Assembly: GCA_038087875.1 (NCBI GenBank)
Contig: JAXLNO010000335.1
Coordinates: 1 to 64,000, forward strand
Direction: 5' to 3'
Source of the DNA: Malacoraja senta
Lineage: Eukaryota
DNA length: 64,000 nucleotides
Made by a program: the position numbers and the translations under genes. Each line of letters begins with the position of its first letter. The first letter of the stretch is position 1. The notes below the pieces were generated by a model. That model had not been told where the DNA came from. It ran no database searches and saw only the letters and a list, made by a program, of their open reading frames with translations. Below, piece after piece: positions 23,797 to 36,287 of this stretch.

Positions 23797-24554
23797 CTGG
23801 GGCAGAGAGTCAGCAGAGATTAACACAGAAGATAGACACAAAAAGCTAGAGTAACCCAGCGGGACAGGCAGCGATGGGTGACGTTTCGGGTCGAGATCCT
23901 TCTTCAGACTTCTTCCAGTTACCCATTCCTTCTCTCCAGAGATGCTGCCTGTCCCGCTGTCTGTGTGGAGCTTGTACGTTCTCCCCGTGACCTACATGGG
24001 TTTTCTCCAGGTGCTCCGGTTTCCGCCCACACTCCAAAGGCGTACAGGTTTGTAGGTTAATTGGCTTAGGTAAAATTCTAAATTGTCCCTAGTGTGCGTA
24101 GGATAGTGTTAGTGTGCGGGGATCACTGGTCAGCATAGACTGAGTGGCCCAAAGGGCTGTTACTCTAAAATTAAACCAATGAAGTTTATGAAGTTTTATG
24201 ACCAAGTATTCACATACAAGGAATTTGCCTTGGTGCTCCACCCACAAGTGACAACATGACACACAGTGACAGTTAGGAATGACACATAAAACAATAAACA
24301 TTAATAATAAAACATTATTGATTAAACATGTGAATTAAAAAAAATACCGCAGCAAAAGGAGGCTACAGATTTTTGGCTATTGAGTAGAGCTACTGTTCGT
24401 GGTAAAAAGCTGTTTTTATGTCTGGCTGTGGCAACTTTGACAGTCCGGAGTCGCCTTCCAGAGGGAATTGATTCAAAGAGTTTGTGGCCAGAGTGAGAGG
24501 GGTCAGAGATGATCTTACCCGCTCGCTTCCTGGCCCTTGCAGTGTATCGTTCGT

Positions 24555-25715
24555 CAGAAGGCTTTCGACAAGGTCCCACATAAGAGATTAGTATGCAAAC
24601 TTAAAACACACGGTATTGGGGGTTCAGTATTGATGTGGATAGAGAACTGGCTGGCAAACAGGAAGCAAAGAGTAGGAGTAAACGGGTCCTTTTCAGAATG
24701 GCAGGCAGTGACTAGTGGGGTACCGCAAGGCTCAGTGCTGGGATCCCAGCTATTTACAATATATATTAATGATCTGGATGAGGGAATTGAATGCAACATC
24801 TCCAAGTTTGCGGATGACTCGAAGCTGGGGGGCAGTGTTAGCTGTGAGGAGGATGCTAGGAGACTGCAAGGTGACTTGGATAGGCTGGGTGAGTGGGCAA
24901 ATGCATGGTAGATGCAGTATAATGTGGATAAATGTGAGGTTATCCACTTTGGTGGCAAAAACAGGAAAGTAGACTATTATCTGAATGGTGGCCGATTAGG
25001 AAAAGGGGAGATGCAACGAGACCTGGGTGTCATGGTACACCAGTCATTGAAATTAGGCATGCAGGTGCAGCAGGCAGTGAAGAAAGCAAATTGTACGTTA
25101 GCATTCATAGCAAAAGGATTTGAGTATAGGAGCAGGGAGGTTCTACTGCAGTTGTACAGGGTCTTGGTGAGACCACACCTGGAGTATTGCGTACAGTTTT
25201 GGTCTCCTAATCTGAGGAAAGACATTCTTGCCATAGAGGGAGTACAGAGAAGGTTCACCAGACTGATTCCTGGGATGGCAGGACTTTCATATGAAGAAAG
25301 ACTGGATAGACTCGGCTTGTACTCGCTAGAATTTAGAAGATTGAGGGGGGATCTTATAGAAACGTACAAAATTCTTAAGGGGTTGGACAGGCTAGATGCA
25401 GGAAGATTATTCCCCATGTTGGGGAAGTCCAGAACAAGGGGGTCACAGTTTAAGGATAAGGGGGAAGTCTTATAGGACTGAGATGAGAAAATCATTTTTT
25501 ACACAGAGAGTGGTGAATCTGTGGAATTCTCTGCCACAGAAGGTAGTTGAGACCAGTTCATTGGCTATATTTAAGAGGGAGTTAGATGTGGCCCTTGTGG
25601 CTAAAGGGGTCAGGGAGAGAAGGCAGGTACAGGATACTGAGTTGGATGATCAGCCATGATCATATTGAATGGCGGTGCAGGGCCGAATGACCTATTTTCT
25701 ATGTTTCTATGTTTC
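24555..25715 (+). mobile_element. CR1 LINE, 5'-truncated RT region
   Basis: QKAFDKVPH...[10 protein letters not shown]...KFADD; (TTTCTATG)n tail; nested in an L2/Rex-type fragment (about 24190-25945). Confidence 0.92.
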
Positions 25716-26029
25716 AATGGAGGGAAGGTTGCAGCCAATAACCTTCTCAGCTGACCGGACAATTCGCTGCAGCCTCCAGATGTCGTGCTTGGTGGCTGAG
25801 CCAAACCAGACCATGATGGAGAAGGTGAGGACAGACTCTACGATAGAATTGGACCATCATTCCCTGTGGCAGATTGTGTTTCCTCAGCTGCCGCAGGAAG
25901 TACATCCTCTGTTGTGCCTTTTTGACTGTGGAGTCGACTGTGCAGGTGCGTGTGTTTCCAAGGGTGACTGTGATGTGGGGATAGCTCTGGGAGGCTCTGT
26001 GAGAACACGGGGGTCACACGCATACCTAC

Positions 26030-26121
26030 CAGATTTATGGCCTCCAGAAGCATCCTCCGGATATCCGGGTCCTGCTCTCGCTGTTTATCCTCCGGCAGGT
26101 ACTGCAGATCCTCGGGCAAGC
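26030..26121 (-). CDS. HGH1: HGH1 coding exon 4
   Basis: cccag|(G)LPEDLQYLPEDKQREQDPDIRRMLLEAINL|gtaggt; 92 nt. Confidence 0.95.
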
Positions 26122-27053
26122 CTGGGACAGAGGGCAGAGACGGGTCAGTGGGCAGAGACAGGCCAAAGGTCAGGAAGCGGCTAGGGTCTAAGGGTGGCAC
26201 AGCTGGTAGAGCCGCGGCCTCACAAGCGCCAGAGACTCGGGTCCCATCCTGACCTCAGCTACTGTGCGGGTGGAGTTTGCGCGTTCTCCCTGTGACCGCG
26301 TGGGTTTCCTCCGGGTGCTCCAGTTTCCTCCCACATCCCAAAGACGTGCGGGTTTGTAGGTTACTTGGCCTCTGCAAATTTCCCCCTGGTGTTTAGGGAG
26401 TGGATGTGAAACTGGAATAACATGGGCTTTTAGACTTTAAAGATAGAGCGCAGAAACAGGCCCGTTGTCATCGAGTCCGTGCCGACCAGCGATCACCTTG
26501 TGCATTAACACTATCCTACACACTGGGGACAATTTACAATTTTACCAAAGTCAATTAACCCACAAACCTGTACGTCTTTGGAGTGGAAGGGGGGGTGGGA
26601 AACCAGAGCATCCGGAGGAAACCCACGTGGTCATGGGGGAGAATGAATTCCACAGGCAGCACCCGCAGTCAGGATGGAACCCAGATCTCTGGCGCTGTAA
26701 GGCAGCAACTCTACCGCTGTGCCACCCCGTGCAGCCCGCAAACTAGTGTGAAAGGGTGACCAACGGTCGGCCTGGACTCAGTGGGCCGAAGGGCCTGTTT
26801 CCGGGTTGTATCCCTCTCTCTAAACCAGGACATCCGTCGTTAAAACGGAGCCTCGTCTTCCGCAGGGATGTGCGGGAGGGATCGAGCTGGGTCGGGGCAG
26901 GTAGGTCGAGTGGTAGTCACGCTGCCCCCCTGACCCGTCACATGCTCGGTACTCTGCACGTCCCCTCCCATACGCTTGTGGATCCTGCCAGTGAACAGTG
27001 GCCCCCGATCTGTCGTCCAAGGGTGCTTTAGATGGAGACAGATCAAGGGTTCC

Positions 27054-27281
27054 AGGGCCTGTCCCACTTGCCGATTTTTTCGGCGACTGCCGGCGTCATA
27101 TCAGGGTCGTCAATTTTTTTTGAACATCTCAAGTTCCAGCGGCGACAAAAAAAATGTTGCGACACTTGACAAAACACCGCGCCGTCAATACGTCATCACG
27201 CCGTGACTTTTTCGGTGACCTGATACGCCAGTCAATGACGCCGGCAGTCGACAAAAGAAATCGGCAAGTGGGACAGGCCCT
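27054..27281. mobile_element. MITE with perfect 24-bp TIRs (PIF/Harbinger-like)
   Basis: AGGGCCTGTCCCACTTGCCGATTT at both ends in inverted orientation; a half copy lies at about 51898-51971. Confidence 0.85.
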
Positions 27282-28189
27282 TTCGGGACAATGGAGGAAT
27301 AGGGGGGACTGAACTTTGGTCAAAACACAAAGTGCTGGAGGAACTCAGCAGGTCAGGCAGCATCTGTGGAAGGCATGGACATACAATGTTTTAGGATGGG
27401 ACCGTTCTTCAGACCGATGGAGTAAGGGGGGAGAAAGTTGGGGGAAAAAAGGCAGGAGTGGGACACAGCCTGCCGAACAATAGGTGGACACAAAATGCTG
27501 GATTAACTCAGCAGGTCATGCAGCATCTCTGGAGAAATATAATAGGTGATGTTTCGGGTAGAGACCCTTCTTCAGGCTTCAGGATCTGAAGGGTCTCAAC
27601 CCGAAACATCACTTATTCCTTCTCTCCAGAGATGCTGCCTGACCTGCTGAGTTACTCCAGCATTCTGTGTCTATCGTCAGTGTAAACTAGCACCTGCAGT
27701 TCCTTCCTACACAAGTGATGGGTGGATAAAGGTGAGGTGCGGTGGGGGTTTAGATGGCAGATGGGTGAAGTAAGTGACAAAAGCTGGAGGTTGGTCTAGG
27801 CATCTTGTTTGGCAGAGACATTGTGGGCCAAAGATCCTATTCCTGTGCTGTACTGTTCTATATTCTACATGTTAAGATTTCAGAGCCAAGGTCAAAGCGC
27901 TGCGCGTTTCTGTTTCAATGTTATGACAATATACAATAGACCACAGGTGGAGGAGTAGGCCATTTGGCCCTTTGAGCCAGCACCGCCATTCACTGTGATC
28001 AAAGGACAAAGGACATTTATTGTCACGTGCACCAATTGGTGCAGTGAAATTTGAGTTGCCATTTGCAGCACACCAACAAAAAGTAAAACACAACATTAAA
28101 GAATTTAACATTGAACATAAAAACATCCCCCCACAATGGTTCCCACTGTGAGGGAAGGCAGTAAAGTCCAGTCCTCTTCCTCTTGTTCA

Positions 28190-30410
28190 TCATGGCTGAT
28201 CATCCACAATCAATACCCCGTTCCTGCCTTCTCCCCATATCCCCTGACTCCGCTATCTTTAAGCCCTATCAAGCTCTCTCTTGAAAGTATCCAGAGAACC
28301 TGCCTCCACCGCCCTCAGAGAATTCCAGACTCACAACTCTCTGTGAGAAAAAGTTTTTCCTCATCTCCGTTCTAAATGGCTTACCCCTTATTCTTAAACA
28401 GTGGCCCCTGGTTCTGGACTCCCCCCAACATCGGGAACATGTTTCCTGCCTCTAGCGTGTCCAAACCCTTAATAATCTTATATGTTTCAATAAGATCCCC
28501 TCTCATCCTTCTTAACTCCAGAGTGTACAAGCCCAGCCGCTCCATTCTCTCAGCATATGACAGTCCCGCCATCCCGGGAATTAACCTTGTGAACCTACAC
28601 TGCACTCCCTCAATAGCAAGAATGCCCTTCCTCAAATTAGGGGACCAAAACTGCACACAATACTACAGGTGTGGTCTCACTAGGGCCCTGTACAACTGCA
28701 GAAGGACCTCTTTGCTCCTATACACAACTCCTCTTGTTATGAAGGCCAACATGCCATTCGCTTTCTTCACTGCCTGCTGTACCTGCATGCTTACTTTCAT
28801 TGACTGATGAACAAGGACGCCCAGATCCCGTTGTACTTCCCCTTTTCCGAACTTGACACCATTTAGATAATAATCTGCCTTCCTGTTTTTGCTACCAAAG
28901 TGAATAACCTCACATTTATCCACATTAAACTGCATCTGTCATGCATCTGCCCACTCCCCCAACCTGTCCAAGTCACCCTGTATTCCCATAGCATCCTCCT
29001 CACAGTTCACACTGCCACCCAGCTTTGTGTCATCTGCAAATTTACTAATGTTACTTTGAATCACTTCATCTAAATCATTGATGTATATTGTAAATAGCTT
29101 CGGTCCCATCACCGAGCCTAGCGGTACCCCACTAGTCACTGCCTGCCATTCTGAAAGGGACCCGTTAATCCCTACTCTTTGTTTCCTATCTGCCAACCAA
29201 TTTTCTATCCATGACAGCACTCTATCCCCAATACCATGTGCCCTCATTTTGCCCACTAATCTCCTATGTGGGACCTTATCAAAGGCTTTCTGAAAGTCCA
29301 GGTACACTACATCCACTGGCTCCCCCTTGTCCATTTTCCTAGTTACATCCTCAAAGAAAAACAGAAGATTAGTCAAGCATGATTTCCCCTTCGTGACCGA
29401 TCCTGTTACTGCTATCCAAATGTGCCGCTATTTCATCTTTTATGATTGACTCCAGCATTTTCCCCACCACCGATGTCAGGCCAACTGGTCTATAATTCCC
29501 TGTTTTCTCTCTCCCGCCTTTCTTAAAAAGTGGGATAACATTAGCTACCCTCCAATCCACAGGAACTGATCCTGAGTCTATGGAACATTGGAAAATTATC
29601 ACCAATGCATCCACGATTTCTAGAGCCACTTCCTTAAGTACCCTGGGATGCAGACCATCAGGCCCTGGGGATTTATCAGCCTTCAGTCCCATCAGTCTAC
29701 CCAACATCATTTCATGCCTAATGTGGATTTCCTGTACTTCCTCCCCAGATTCTCTGGCCTCTGGTACATCAGGAAGATTGTTTGTGTCCTCTTTAGTGAA
29801 GACGGATCCAAAGTATCTGTTCAATTCATCTGCCATTTCCTTGTTCCCCATAATAAATTCATCTTTTTCACTTGAAGGGTCCAACTTTAGTCTTAACTAT
29901 TTTTTTCCTCTTCACATACCTAAAGAAGCTTTTACTATCCTCCTTTATATTCTTGGCTAGCTTACCTTCGTACCTCATCTTTTCTCCCCGTATTGCCTTT
30001 TTAGTTATCTTCTGTCGCTCTTTAAACATTACCCAATCCTCTTGCTTGCCGCTCATCTTTGCTATGTTGTACTTCTTTTCTTTTATTTTTATACTGTCCC
30101 TGACTTCCCTTGTCAGCCACGGTCGCCCCTTACTCCCCTTGGAATCTTTCTTCCTCTTTGGAATGAACTGATCCTGCACCTTCTGTATTATTCCCAGAAA
30201 CACCTGCCATTGTTGTTCCACTGTCATCCCTGCTAGTGTATCTTTCCAGTCAACTTTGGCCAGCTCCTCCCTCATGGCTCCATATTCCCCTTTATTCAAC
30301 TGTAACACTGACACCTCCGATTTACACTTCTCCCTCTCCAATTGTAGATTAAAACTACCATATTATGGTCACTACCTCCTAATGGCTCCATAACCGAGAG
30401 TTCCCTTATG
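28190..30410 (-). mobile_element. CR1 LINE ORF2, 5'-truncated and frameshifted
   Basis: [48 protein letters not shown]. Confidence 0.92.
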
Positions 30411-30459
30411 TTTTGCTGCCAGAGACCGCAATTTCCCTTGTTGCTCCCTCTCTACCTAC

Positions 30460-30558
30460 CTTCCATTTCCTCTTCGCTCAGCTCCTCTGGGCCGGCCAAG
30501 GGCAGCAGCAAGAAGGGAAGGATGTCGACTTCAGGGCCCAGCAACCACTCGTGAGAAG
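30460..30558 (-). CDS. HGH1: HGH1 coding exon 3
   Basis: ccag|(S)SHEWLLGPEVDILPFLLLPLAGPEELSEEEME(G)|gtaggt; 99 nt; near-invariant HGH1 motif. Confidence 0.95.
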
Positions 30559-31915
30559 CTGGGGGGGGAGACACAACGGGTTCACATAATCAGCCGTGAA
30601 GTCAGGGATATCTGCACTGTAGAAACACCAAATCTAACATCCACCACATTGTCTGAGTGGGTAAAATAATATTCAGAAGTTAAGACGCAAAAAGCTGGAG
30701 TAACTCAGCGGGTCAGGCAGCATCTCTGGAGAGAAGGAATGGGTGACGTTTCGGGTCGAGACGTTTCTTCAGAGTGGGAGTCAGGGGAGAGGGGGATGAC
30801 CCTCTGAGTTATTCCAGCTTTTTGTGTCTATCTTTGGTTTAAACCAGCATCTGCAGTTCCTTCCTACAAATAATATTGAGACACGCTCTGTTGTTTATGA
30901 AGTAGTGAAATAAACCGAAAGAGTTGAGTAACCAAAGATTAACGAGTCTTGCTTGGACTGAATCGTGAATCTTGGTGTTGTCTGAACTAAACCTGCATTG
31001 TCTGGACTCTCCCTCTACCCCCTCTCCCCCACGCTTCCGGGAAACTTCCTCTCCCGACTCCAGTTCCCGGGACTTCCCTCTCCCCTGACCGGTGTTCACG
31101 AGAAGCTCCTTCTCCCACCCACATCCCTGAGCCCCGCTCCAAGGAAGCTCCCTCTCCCCCTGATTTCCCAACCCTGGAAAAGAAGGTGTGCATTCACCCG
31201 AGCCATATCCTGCACCATCAGCTCACCCCTCAGCCTCCTGCGCTCCAAGGAATAAAGACCCCAGCTTGCCCAACCTCTCCCTACAGATCAGAGTCCTGGC
31301 GACATCCTCCTAAATCTTTTCAGCACTTCTCCTCAGCTTAACGGCATCTTTAATATCAATTTATTTTCCGAAATTGAGTTAAATTGAAAATAGATAATAA
31401 TGGCTTGATTAAACGGTGCAGCGCGCGCGCGGAGGGGAAGAAGCTGTTCCAGAGTCTGGTGGTGCGCGCTTTCAAGCTTGTGTATCCTCTGTGTGGATAT
31501 CTGTGTGACTGTAGGAATACAGCGACGAGCGTCAATGCGCCAGAGACCCGGGTTCGATCCTGACTACGGATGCTATCTGTATGGAGTTTGTACGTTCTCC
31601 TGTGGGGTTTTTCCCAGGAGCTCCGGTTTCCTCCCACATCCCAAAGACATGCAGGTTTGTAGGTTACTTGGCTTGATAAAAATTGTAAATCGGCCCTAGT
31701 GTGTGTGTGTGTGTGGGATAGTGCTAGTGTGCGGGGATCGCTGGCCGACGCGGACTCGATGGGCCGAAGGGGCTGTCTTTCGGCGCCGTCACTCTGAAGC
31801 AACTAGACTAAGTGAAAGGTAACCCGGCCTTTTGGTTGAGTTTTGGCCAGAGCGCAGGGCCGGGTTTGTAGATGGTGTTCCAGTCAATGGAGGCGAGGAG
31901 AGACGAGACACTCAC

Positions 31916-32015
31916 AGTAGTCGAAGCAGCAGTTACGTAGCGTGCCCACCACGCCTCCTCGACGCACACATGAACCCTCGTACTGGTGTAAGGGAGTAAA
32001 CGCTGCACGACACAC
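31916..32015 (-). CDS. HGH1: HGH1 coding exon 2, apparent 1-bp deletion near 31985
   Basis: acag|(R)CVVQRLLPYT, then a frameshift to (Q)YEGSCVRRGGVVGTLRNCCFDY|gtgagt; 100 nt where 101 is required. Confidence 0.92.
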
Positions 32016-32170
32016 CTGTGGAGCAGAGCACCGCACTCAGTCAGGCTAGTAACACTCGCAGTGTAGATATACAGGGTATTCACCATCACAGGTACTGACC
32101 TCCCCACCATCCAAGGGGTCTACAGGAAGAATCTTTAGAAGGGCCTTGACCCAAAATGTCACCTATTTGA

Positions 32171-32203
32171 GTCTGAAGAAGGGTCTCGACCCGAAACGTC
32201 ACC
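32171..32203 (+). ncRNA. Minimal type I hammerhead ribozyme motif (representative copy in a Penelope-derived repeat)
   Basis: CTGAAGA-A-GGGTC(TC)GACCC-GAAA-CGTC: CUGANGA and GAAA cores, helix II hairpin, palindromic ACGT helix III, GUC cleavage triplet. Helix I is very short. Confidence 0.6.
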
Positions 32204-32477
32204 TATTCCTTCTCTCCAGATTTGCTGTCTGATCCACTGAGTTACTCCAGCGTTTTGTGGCTATCCTGGGTGTACAGGAAACACTACCTCAAATAAGCAG
32301 CCAGCACCACCGTAGACCCACACCACCCTGGCCACAGGAAGAATGTACAGGAGTATGTAAACCTTGACCAGGTTTGAAAAAGGATGAGGGTGATCTTATA
32401 GAAACAAAGCAGACTCAATGGCCGAATGGCCTCATTCTGCTCCTATGATTTCCCAATATCTTCCCAACAATCATTAG

Positions 32478-32792
32478 TTTAGTTAGAGTTACAGGCCGGA
32501 AACAGGCCCTTCGGCCAACCGGTTCCGTGCCGACCAGCGATCCCCGCACATTAACAATATCCTACTTCCACTGAGGACATTTTTTACATTTATACCAAGC
32601 CAATTAACCTACATACCTGTACGTCTTTGGAGTGTGGGAGGAAACCGAAGATCTCGGAGGTAACCCACGCAGGTCACGGGGAGAACGTACAAACTCCATA
32701 CAGACAGCACCCGTAGTCGGGATGGAACCCGGGTCTCCGGCGCTGCATACGCTGTAAGGCAGCAACTCTACCGCTGCGCCTCCGTGACCGCC
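32478..32792 (-). mobile_element. tRNA-derived SINE (HE1/V-SINE-like)
   Basis: Reverse-complement A and B boxes, core and (AAACT)-type tail. Confidence 0.85.
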
Positions 32793-35746
32793 CGAAACAT
32801 CCTCTTGAACATGACCCTTTGATGGTGGGGAGGTGCCTGTGATAGCTCATACCTGGTACAGTACTAACCACAACTATGATTTTTTAATGTTCAGTCTTTG
32901 GTTGCTATGTTTTACATTGTTTTTACTTATTGGTCGGCGTGGACTCAGTGGACCGAAGTGCCTGTTTCCGCGTTATATCTTCAAACTAAACTAAACTAAA
33001 TATTATCTGTTTATTGTGCTTAGAATCCTGTTATGCTGCTGCAAGTTAAGAATTTTGTTACTCTGTTATCAGTACATATGAGAATGACACATATACAGAA
33101 GGGAAACTCAGCCCAACTTGTCTATGCCACCCCCCCCCCCCCCCCCCCCCCCCCCCAAAATGCCCCATCTAAGCTGGTCCCATTTGCCCACATTTGGCCC
33201 AAATCCCTCTAAACCTTGTGTAGGAAGGAACTGCAGATGCTGGTTTAAACCAAAGGTAGACACAAAAAGCTGGAGTAACTCAGCGGGTCAGGCAGCATCT
33301 CTGGAGAGAAGGAATAGGTGACAAAATAACAGTGACGTTTCGGGTCGAGACCATTCTTCAGACTCGACCCGAAACGTCACCTGTTATTTTTCTTCAGAGT
33401 TGCTGCCTGTCCCGCTAAGTTACTCCAACTTTTTGTGTCTATCTTCCCCATAAATCTTTCCTATCCACATTCCTGTCCCAAGTGTCTCTTAAATATTGGA
33501 ATATTGAAATTTGGAATACAATTTTGGGCACCATATCTGAGGATGTGCTGGCTTTGGAGAGGTCCAGAGGAGGTTTACAAGACTGATCCCAGGAATGAGT
33601 AGGTTTGTCAGCACTGGGCCTGTACTCGCTGGAGTTTAGAAGAATGAGGGGGGACCTCATTGAAACATACAGAATAGTGACAGGCTTGGATGGAGTGGCT
33701 ATGGAGAGGATGTTTCCACTAGTGGGAGAGTCTAGGATTAGAGGTCTTAGCCTCAGAATTAAAGGACGTTCTTTTAGGAAGGAGATGAGGCAAAATTTAT
33801 TTAATTGGAGAGCGGTGAATCTGGGAATTCTTTGCCAAAGAAGGCTGTGGAGGCCGAGTCAGTGGATATTTTTAAGGTAGATAGATTCTTGATTTGTGTT
33901 CAAGAAGGAACTGCAGATGCTGAAAAATCAAGGGTTCTTGATTAGTACAGGTGTCAGACGTTATGGGGAGAAGGCAGGAGAATGGGATTAGGAGGGAGAG
34001 ATGATTGAATGGCAGAGTAGACTCCTATCTTATGACCTTAAATACTATTATACTCTTGACTAGCCAGAGAGTAAAGCTCCCTCTATACTGATCCATACCC
34101 CTTAACTCCCTACATTTCCATGTTTAGTTTAGGTAGTGGAAAGATTTTTTGTGCGTGTGATATTCAGTCAGCGGAAAGACTACACACGATTACAATCAAG
34201 CCGCCCACATTGTACAGATAGAGGATAAAGGGAATAACATTTAGTGCTACATAAAGTCCATTAAAGTCTAATTAAAGATAGTTCCCGAGTCTTCAATAAG
34301 GTAGCTTCTACACATCACTATTGTATCTGCTTCCACCACCAGCTGTATAAAATCATGAGAGGAATAGATCGGGTAGATGCACAGAGTCTCTTGCCCAGAG
34401 TAGGTGAATCGAGGACCAGAGGACATAGGTTTAAGATGAAGGTGAAAAGATGTAATAAGAATCTGAGGGGGTAACGTTTTCACATAAAAGGGTGGTGGGT
34501 GCATGGAACAAGCTGGCAGAGGAGGTAGTTGAGGCAGGGACTATCCCAACATTTAAGAAACAGTTAGACAGGTACATGGATAGGACAGGTTTGGAGGGAT
34601 ATGGGCCAAACACGGGCAGGTGGGACTAATATAGTTGGGACATGTTGGTCAGTGTAGACAATTTTCCACGCTGTATCACTCTGTGATTCTATGAGCTCCC
34701 TTGACAGCGCGTTCCAGGCTCCCACCACTCCCTGTGGAATAAACGTTGCCCTGGACATCACTGTTGCAAACTTTGGTGAATGTGTGAAAGTCAAGTCGTT
34801 GGGAATTTTTAAAGCAGAGAATGACAGATTCTTGATTAGTACGGGTGTCAAAGTTTACGGGGAGAAGGCAGGAGAATGGGGGAAAAATAGGTCAGCCATA
34901 ATTGAATAGCGGAGTAGACTCAATATGCCAAATGGCCTAATTCTGCTCCGATGACTTATGAACTGATCACTGTCCACCCTATCTATGGCCCTCATAATTT
35001 TATAACCTTCTACCAGGTCTCCCCTCAACCTCCTTCTACACCTCCGTGTAAGTGTATCCCAGTTTTATATGCGAGGTTGATATTTGTGGCGCTACGATTG
35101 TTTGATGGGTTAGAACAAATATAAGACAGGATGCAAGTGTTTAGCATTTGTTTGAGAGTTAATCGTCTGTAGTTTCCTTTACTTAGTAGATAGTTGCATA
35201 GTTAGCTGGTTAGTGGTGCATACTGGTAGCAAAGGTGGTGAGAGCAGGTATTGAGGGGGGGTTGTTCTGGGAGTCCAGAGCTAACTGTTGAGCCTTGCCG
35301 AGGTGTTGTGGGCCTAACTCAAGGAATCACTGGTGAATGGAGATGTCCACTTGATAACCCCAATGATAGTTTTTATGTGCTTGTTAACATGTAGATAGCT
35401 TTTGATATCTCATTTTCACACCTTACATTTCCTTATCTCTGTGTCTCCCTCTCCCCTGATCCTTAGTTTGAAGAAGGGTCTCGACCCAAAACGTCACCCA
35501 TTCCTTCTCTCCAGGGATGCTGCCTGTCCCGCTGAGTTACTCCAGCATTTTGTGTCTATCTTGAGCTTATTATTGAATATTGCCCTATTGCATAATTATG
35601 CATGGCAGTTTAGATTCTACTTTGACATTGGGCTTGGTTTGCTTAATTAAGCGCTTATCCTGGGGTTGTAGCACGAGTACTTTGTGTTTTAGTAGTAATT
35701 TAAAACAATGTCGCGAGATAACATAGATTCATGAGAAGAAGCAGAC

Positions 35747-36287
35747 CTGTCTTTATCCAGTATGAACTGCCTGGCTTCTGGTAACTGAGTCAGGTTGGAC
35801 AGCAGAGGTCCCAGGTAGTGAAGGGTGACCTTCTCGTTGTAACCCTCTGTGCAGAAGACCTGCACGATCTTGGCCAGGCCCGTGCCCTGGTCCTGAATGG
35901 CGCGCAGCACCTCTCTGCAGGTGTCCGCACTGCGCGAGAGGTTGGACAGGACCGAGCAGATCTGGTCAGAGAAGTCGCACTCGGGGTCACAGAGGTTCCT
36001 CAGCAGAGGAGGGAGAAGGTCGACCTCGTGGACCAGGGCCCGGTGCACAGTCTCGTCCGCGGACAGGTTGACGAAGGCTCGGAGGCAGTCCTTCACCAGG
36101 GCCCCGCAATGCTCGTGGGTCAGGGTCAGGAGAGCCTGCAGAACGGCCACGTTCTGGGCCAGGAAGCTTCTCCCTTCCACGCTCCCCGTCAGCCCCAGCA
36201 CGCAGTCCATCGCCTGGCTCCGAACATCCAGACGGGTTCCGGTGACAGGAAGGACAAGAGCTCGTGGGCCCTTGCATCCTCCAGCAT
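35747..36287 (-). CDS. HGH1: HGH1 first coding exon, apparent 1-bp deletion near 36240
   Basis: ATG at 36287: MLEDARAHELLSFLSP, then a frameshift to GTRLDVRSQAMDCVLGLTGS...VLSNLSR...LHYLGPLLSNLTQLPEARQFILDKD(R)|gt; upstream acceptor ttctccctcggcag| at 36316. Confidence 0.92.
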
